Positions 39,936 to 45,294 of a DNA stretch of 45,294 nucleotides are shown here, in pieces. Origin of the DNA: Chiloscyllium plagiosum (Eukaryota). Made by a program: the position numbers and the translations under genes. The notes beneath the pieces are model-generated. The model was not told the origin of the DNA. It saw only the letters and a list, made by a program, of their open reading frames with translations, and searched no databases. Location: positions 1-45,294 of the forward strand of contig NW_025214519.1 of assembly GCF_004010195.1 (NCBI RefSeq), read 5' to 3'. Positions within the stretch are counted from its first letter, which is position 1. Each line of letters begins with the position of its first letter.

Positions 39936-41057
39936 TGGTAATAATTTATGATGAAAAAGCGTGAAGTAGTTTTCTCCAGGGCTAATCTGTTTGAGTTTGA
40001 AATTCCACTTCTGTGTTTCTCCTTCGAGGAACATGTGGATAACAAGCAGCTGACGCGAAGAATGCTCCAGTTTGGCATGAAGAGCAACATGAGAGAATAG
40101 AAGCCGGAGAGTCACGGGGAAACAGTTGGGGAGGAGACGTACGGGAAGCGGCTTAATGCTTCTCTTCCTATGTAACGACAACACAACTAGAGGAATCCAA
40201 AGTAAACAGGCAGGATGCTGGGAGATAACAGGAAGCCAGGCTGCCTCAGGAGGTATACGTTCAGCGTGTATCAATTCTAAACGGTTTGGCCTGTCCTCGA
40301 ATGGCAGCCTGCTAACTGTTTACATCTTTGCTTACGTAAACAGGCTCTGGTTTTCAAGTCTAAAGTGAAGGAAGAAGTAGCCAAATGGTTAAATTCCTAC
40401 TTTTCTGAAAGTCGGTCCCTACTGAGGCATTTGTCACTCTCGCAAGATGTGTCTGTGGTAATAGAAAGAACTAAAATTCCACTGAATCTTTCAAAAGAAT
40501 TGACGTCTTCATTGGAATCATCTTGCAAAGCAAGTTGTTTATCTTCTTAAACTCGGTTTTCCTAAATATTTCTCAAAATGAGCTGTTTCTGAGTACTTTG
40601 TAGCCAGAGCATTTGAAAGAAATTCATTCTGTTTGAATTATTTGTGACACTTTTTAATATACCGATTAATGTCTCCAATCGATGAATGCAACCGAGAATA
40701 TCAGAGTCAACCTCAAACCGCTGTCAGACGAGGGGAAGAGAGGAGGGGAAGATAGGAGCATCTCGCACGCAGCGCTTGTGCACATTATCAATTTCAAACC
40801 AATCCAATACCTGAAACACGTGGGAGTTTTAAGGAAACAATTAAAAAGACCCCCGTTTCAACTCTGTGAATCTTTAGGGGAATGAAGGATGAACTGACCG
40901 AATGAGCAGAGACTGTCAAGGTACCTTCCCCTTATTGAAGGAGCAGGGACATGAACTCTGATGTTCTCGAGGCATGAACTGATCTGAGTTATTGAAGCAT
41001 TCCCATCAGAGCTGCTCCACTGTCGTTGTTGTCACTCTCAGCAACAATATAACCTGA

Positions 41058-41129
41058 TTCCCTGACCAGGTACCCAACCTTGGCCGCAGTGAAGAAAACA
41101 CCGACTCTTAACCAATACACCACCAGTGC
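41058..41129 (-). pseudogene. tRNA-Glu(TTC)-derived pseudogene
   Basis: The 72-nt minus strand GCACTGGTGGTGTATTGGTTAAGAGTCGGTGTTTTCTTCACTGCGGCCAAGGTTGGGTACCTGGTCAGGGAA is colinear with vertebrate tRNA-Glu (TCCCTGGTGGTCTAGTGG ... GGTCAGGGAA). The B box and the stems are disrupted. Confidence 0.8.
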
Positions 41130-42179
41130 TTCCTCGCAGGCTGTTGAACTGCTTTTTAATGTCAAAGCATATGGCGTTTAATTTATCAGTACATAAGTTT
41201 GAGCAAGTCATCGACTGGTTACAGAATGGAAAGAGGCCCATCATCCAAGTTTTCAGCCCTTGGCCTCTCCCGTTGTGTTCTCAAATTTTTCAAGCACATG
41301 TCGTAATGCTATCATCCAGGCATGTTTTGCAATGTATCCGACTGAAGTTTAAGATGGATAACCTGTTTTCACACCCCGTCGGTGATCTAAACCCCATTTC
41401 ACTTACAGAGGCAAACACACAGACACGTTCTGGCGAAGTGACTGTGGCCTTTGGAGAGATCAGCCAGAAAATAGGATTGCACTCAATTGGCTTATTTTGT
41501 CCCATTTCAAATTTCAACACCAGAGTTTGGTGGCAGCAAAGAAAGGAAGCATTCAGCCATTCCCCTGTCTTTGTTCCTCCCCTATCTAAGCATTGAACTA
41601 CGGAGGCAGTGTGCTCTGAGAGAAGGATCCTCACTCTTCAGAAAAAGCAACATAATAGATGATTGTATAGACGGTGCATTAGAAACTAGTCGGAACAAAA
41701 CCAAGACAGAACTGAAGGCATCATGAGCAGAATGATGGGAGACTGTAATGCCGAATCAGACAGTGTCCATGTTGATAGAAACAGCGACTGTCCCTGGAAG
41801 TCCAGTCATTTGGATTCCGTGCTCTCACAGCCATGGCCTGAGAATCGTTAGCATTTACTGTTACCAATATGAAATGCTGCCTTCCCCTTAAAAGTAGAAT
41901 TATGACCTGGACATGCACACATAAATTGTGAAATTGATATAAATTGATGCTTTTATTCTTCCATATTTGGGCTGAAAGTGTATCATGTAAATACTTAGAT
42001 GATCATTAAAATCCAATATTCATGCCAGTTAGTGTTGTCACAAAACTACAAAACCAGAGGAAGAGCTGGGTTTTGCATGACTGAAGGAGATGACTGCTCC
42101 TGCTTCCGACCCACTTTTCATCCCTTTTGTCCCAAGTTCAAGTGCAGAAGCCAAATACTGGCAATCTGATATATATTTT

Positions 42180-42260
42180 TTAAAAAAGCACAGAAAATGC
42201 TGGAAGTATTCAGCTTGTCTGGCAGCTTCTGAAAGTGTGGTAGAGGTCAACACCATCACA
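42180..42260 (-). mobile_element. Penelope-like tail fragment
   Basis: acagaaaatgctggaagtattcagcttgtctggcagcttctg is the antisense of the PLE tail gatgctgccagacctgctgagtatttccagcattttctg. Confidence 0.6.
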
Positions 42261-42519
42261 ACCTGATTGACTTTACTTTGTATTCACGATAACTAATGTC
42301 CAAGTCACAACTCATTCAGACATATTTCCTCATCTTTAAAAGGTATGCACGCTTTCAGTTTGCCATGAGAAACGTTTTGTCAATTAATTCAGTACTGACA
42401 GGATAACCGTTTAAAGCTGTATGAAACATGTTGCAAACGGTCATACCAGACAAAATGAGGTGCCATGTGAAGAAATATGTGTTTCATTCAGGAAAGTTAA
42501 AATAGAATTGTTCACAGAA

Positions 42520-42900
42520 AATTGTGGTGAACTTTCTGCCGATTTTTTTGATGAGGTAAGAAGAAGTCTCGATGATGCTAATCCAAAGCGATCAGATAAA
42601 TGTAGATTGGCAAAACAAAAGACAAAAGTTCTGCGTGACCGCTGTGCATGAAACCTGGGGATGAAGGAATAGAAGGGATAGTAGCAATATTTATCAAAAA
42701 TTGGCTGCGTGAATGGTTACTGATGAAGGGTGCCTGCCTGAAACTTCGATTTTCATGATCCTCGGATGCTGCGTGACCTGCTGTGCTTTTTGAGCACGAC
42801 TCTAATGCTGACTCTGATCTCTAGCATTTGCAGTCCTCACTTTCGTCTGCGGGAAAGGGAACAGAGTCATCATGAACAATTGTGTTTTGAACTGGAAGAA
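42520..42900 (+). mobile_element. Highly degenerate CR1 RT fragment, interrupted by a Penelope remnant
   Basis: DFFDEV ... GIEGIVAIFIKNWLRE ... cagagtcatcatgaac ... aactggaag resembles CR1 EFFEEV ... GI.G....WI.NWL..RKQRV...W. Confidence 0.5.
42720..42848 (+). mobile_element. Penelope-like pLTR remnant with a hammerhead-like core
   Basis: ctgatgaagggtgcctgcctgaaacttcgatttt ... ctcggatgctgcgtgacctgctgtgcttttt ... ctctagcatttgcagtcctcactttc. Confidence 0.8.
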
Positions 42901-44039
42901 TTTTTCAAGCGAACTTTGATTGAGCATTGGTGTGTTGAAGTTCTGGTTAGATTATTTTAGACAAGCAGCATTCTCTGATTTATCAGACCGCCCAGCGAGC
43001 CCATGAGATTTTCTGATTGGTTGGAGGACCAGTGCCTCCAGCTTGGTCCTGTAGGACCGCCTCTTCTTCGCTGTTGAACATTATACGTCATCACTTGGGA
43101 TGGATCCTGCAGTATGCAGAGGGTTAACATGAACTGTGAGCATGCTCGCGGCGAGTGCTCAATGGAACGAACTGTTGTTGTCTCCAAGCGACAATCGTTG
43201 AGTGAGGGCTAAAGCGGAGGGAAGCGCCAGATGCTATAGCCCAGTTAGAGGTTACAGGTTTGGTCATGAAATGATTCTGGAACCAAACATATTTTATCTG
43301 GGATCGCCAATTAAGCTACAGAGAGCATGAGTCTTCTTCTCAGAAACAGGCCCCCGTCAGCGACGGCTATTCCTGTTTCAGTTTTTTTTAAATTTATCAG
43401 GTATTGGTTGGTTGATCTATCTTTAGTGTGAATACAGCTGAAAATAAGTGATATTGTTTGAAATGATTGCGGTGGTCCATGAGGATGCAATGTTGTTGGG
43501 AGACGCTTGGGAGTGGATTAGTGACTGGAATTGGTGGGAAAGTGTACCCCATGAACACCTCTATCACTGACCTTGCTGTAAATTTGTCAGAGACGGAAAG
43601 AATGGAGCAGAATGTGGAGGGACAGCACTCCTGAGCAGGATAGCGGGTCGCGGGAGTTTTGGAATTTGGGGTCATTCGTGGCCAATCCCTCAACAAAAAC
43701 CCGACCCATTGTTTTTCTCACTGCTCCCCTTCTCCTCACTTTCTTACCATTAGCAACATTTTAAAGACGTTTACTTATTTCATACATACTATCTCGTTTT
43801 TGTCAGAACATTCAGCATTTTGAGAACTGAATTGAAATTGAGATACAGAACAGCCAGTGTACGAATCTCAAAAGTTACTTTGCACCTCATCGAATTGCTG
43901 AAGTTCGTATGCTAAAATTGCTCCCCGATTACTGTTTGGTAAGTACTTCGAGAATTATTTTTTAAATCTAGACAATATGTTACTGATATCTGCGTCAGTT
44001 AAAAACAATTGGTTTTCATATCCCACCTTTAACAGAATA

Positions 44040-45294
44040 GAAATATGAAATATTAGAACTGGCCTAGCTTGTTGTGATGTTTGATCCTTCTCTATAATTC
44101 AGTATGATTTTATATGATCATTCCACACAGTAACCTGCTACTTATTTAGGCCTACACCTTATGATGCCTCTTGCCTCAAAACTTTAGATATCTTCATCTG
44201 TCAACATTCCACATTCTGGCTTCAATTACGTTCTGTGGCATCAAATTTCACTTCGTAACCAGTCTTTGATTAATAAATAAAATCGTCATCTCAGTCTTAA
44301 ATGGACTACCCATATTCTTAGAAGTGACGCCACCTCCCAACCGTCTATGGTTTGGACGCCCTGGTCATTGAAAGCGTCCTTCCTGCATTTACCTTGTTCG
44401 TACCTTTTAGAATTTTACTCGTTTCGGTGACATCCTACTTCATCATTCCAAACTTGAGTGATTTTCATCCAAACGAATCCTCATACGTCAGTTCTGTCAT
44501 CCCATGAATTAGTCTGGTAAACTTTTATTGTGCCATCTCCGAATGGAGAACATCCTTTATCAGATAAGGATTCCTAAACTGCACTCTCGGTTGTGCTGTC
44601 AACAAGACCCTGCACAATTTCAGCAAGTCTTCCCTGCTCATGTGTTCATATCCTCTCAGTACAAAGGCTAACACACCGTTTGCCTTCCTCACCTGCTGCT
44701 GCTCCTGCATGCTTGCGTTCAGCGATTTGTGTACAAGAAGACTAGATCGCCTTTCCTATTTTAGTTTCGTAAATTCATGCTGGCTCTGTCCAATCCAATT
44801 ACTGTTTTCCAGTGTAAGGCTAACTTTTCTGTCATTCCATGTTTTCGCGCTACTTCCTTTTATAAATCGTGGCGTCATATTAGCTGACCTCCAAGCCCTA
44901 GACATTGTTTCAGAGTCGATAGAATATTGAAATATGACAATTAATTTACTCTATTTAGACTCCACACTCTAGTTACAGAACGCATTCACTGCATTTAGGG
45001 TGACTTTATGTACACCTCTGTTTGATTCGCAGTTGGTGGAATTTACTGTCTTTAATCTCATCAATTTCCACAACACTATCTCCCTGATAATACTGATTTC
45101 TTTCAGTTTCTTCCTATTTTTCTTCCCAGCACTTTAGGAATATTACTTTTATCATCTGTGATGACAGAACCAATATACATATTTATTTAGTGTGCTAAGT
45201 ATTTATCCCGCATTATAACATCCTCTGTTTCTCATTGTAAGGGATTTGTTTTCAATAATCGTTTTTTTCAATTCATATACCTTCAGGAGCTTTA
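44040..45294 (-). mobile_element. Old, fragmented CR1 LINE (3' end and ORF2 pieces)
   Basis: ORF 44525-44710 reads QQVRKANGVLAFVLRGYEHMSREDLLKL ... PYLIKDVL. Degenerate CR1-like sequence continues on both sides. Boundaries approximate. Confidence 0.7.

Noticed and set aside
41740..41870. Minus-strand DFQGQSLFLSTWTLSDSAL resembling V FR3
   Set aside because: No following YYC or RSS, and too short to support.
43028..43062. J-like TKLEAL on the minus strand
   Set aside because: It lacks an in-frame FGxG, an RSS and a good splice donor.
43345..43390. Hairpin (gaaacagg ... ccgtc agc gacgg ... cctgtttc) followed by a T-run, like an intrinsic terminator
   Set aside because: The genome is eukaryotic and there is no associated gene or Pol III promoter. 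A single imperfect hairpin is unremarkable.
39918..43696. Numerous 60-156 aa ORFs
   Set aside because: No recognisable domains or exon structure, and lengths are consistent with chance.
43674..43701. Perfect RSS nonamer ACAAAAACC at 43693-43701
   Set aside because: There is no acceptable heptamer at 12 or 23 nt spacing and no adjacent V or J coding motif.

Overview
This is eukaryotic, repeat-rich genomic DNA, almost certainly from a cartilaginous fish. It carries shark-type CR1 LINEs, an HE1-type SINE, Deu-core SINEs and Penelope elements, and comes from a gapped draft assembly with three N-gaps. About 57% of the window (757-26718) is one minisatellite. After five variant 34-35 bp monomers, it runs as about 373.7 copies of a 69-bp dimer in which I see no variation. 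The two 8,600-aa ORFs are by-products of that periodicity, and the array length may be an assembly artefact. The rest is mostly decayed retroelements. The one clearly recognisable host-gene remnant is a minus-strand immunoglobulin light-chain constant exon (35225-35391, sigma-cart/NS5-like) that has an intact splice acceptor, a large in-frame internal deletion and a read-through stop. More speculatively, the flanks of the satellite look like a decayed IgL V-RSS-J unit, and the repeat unit resembles a V-segment 3' end. I find no intact protein-coding gene, no CRISPR array and no convincingly new system. All family assignments are from recall, not database searches.
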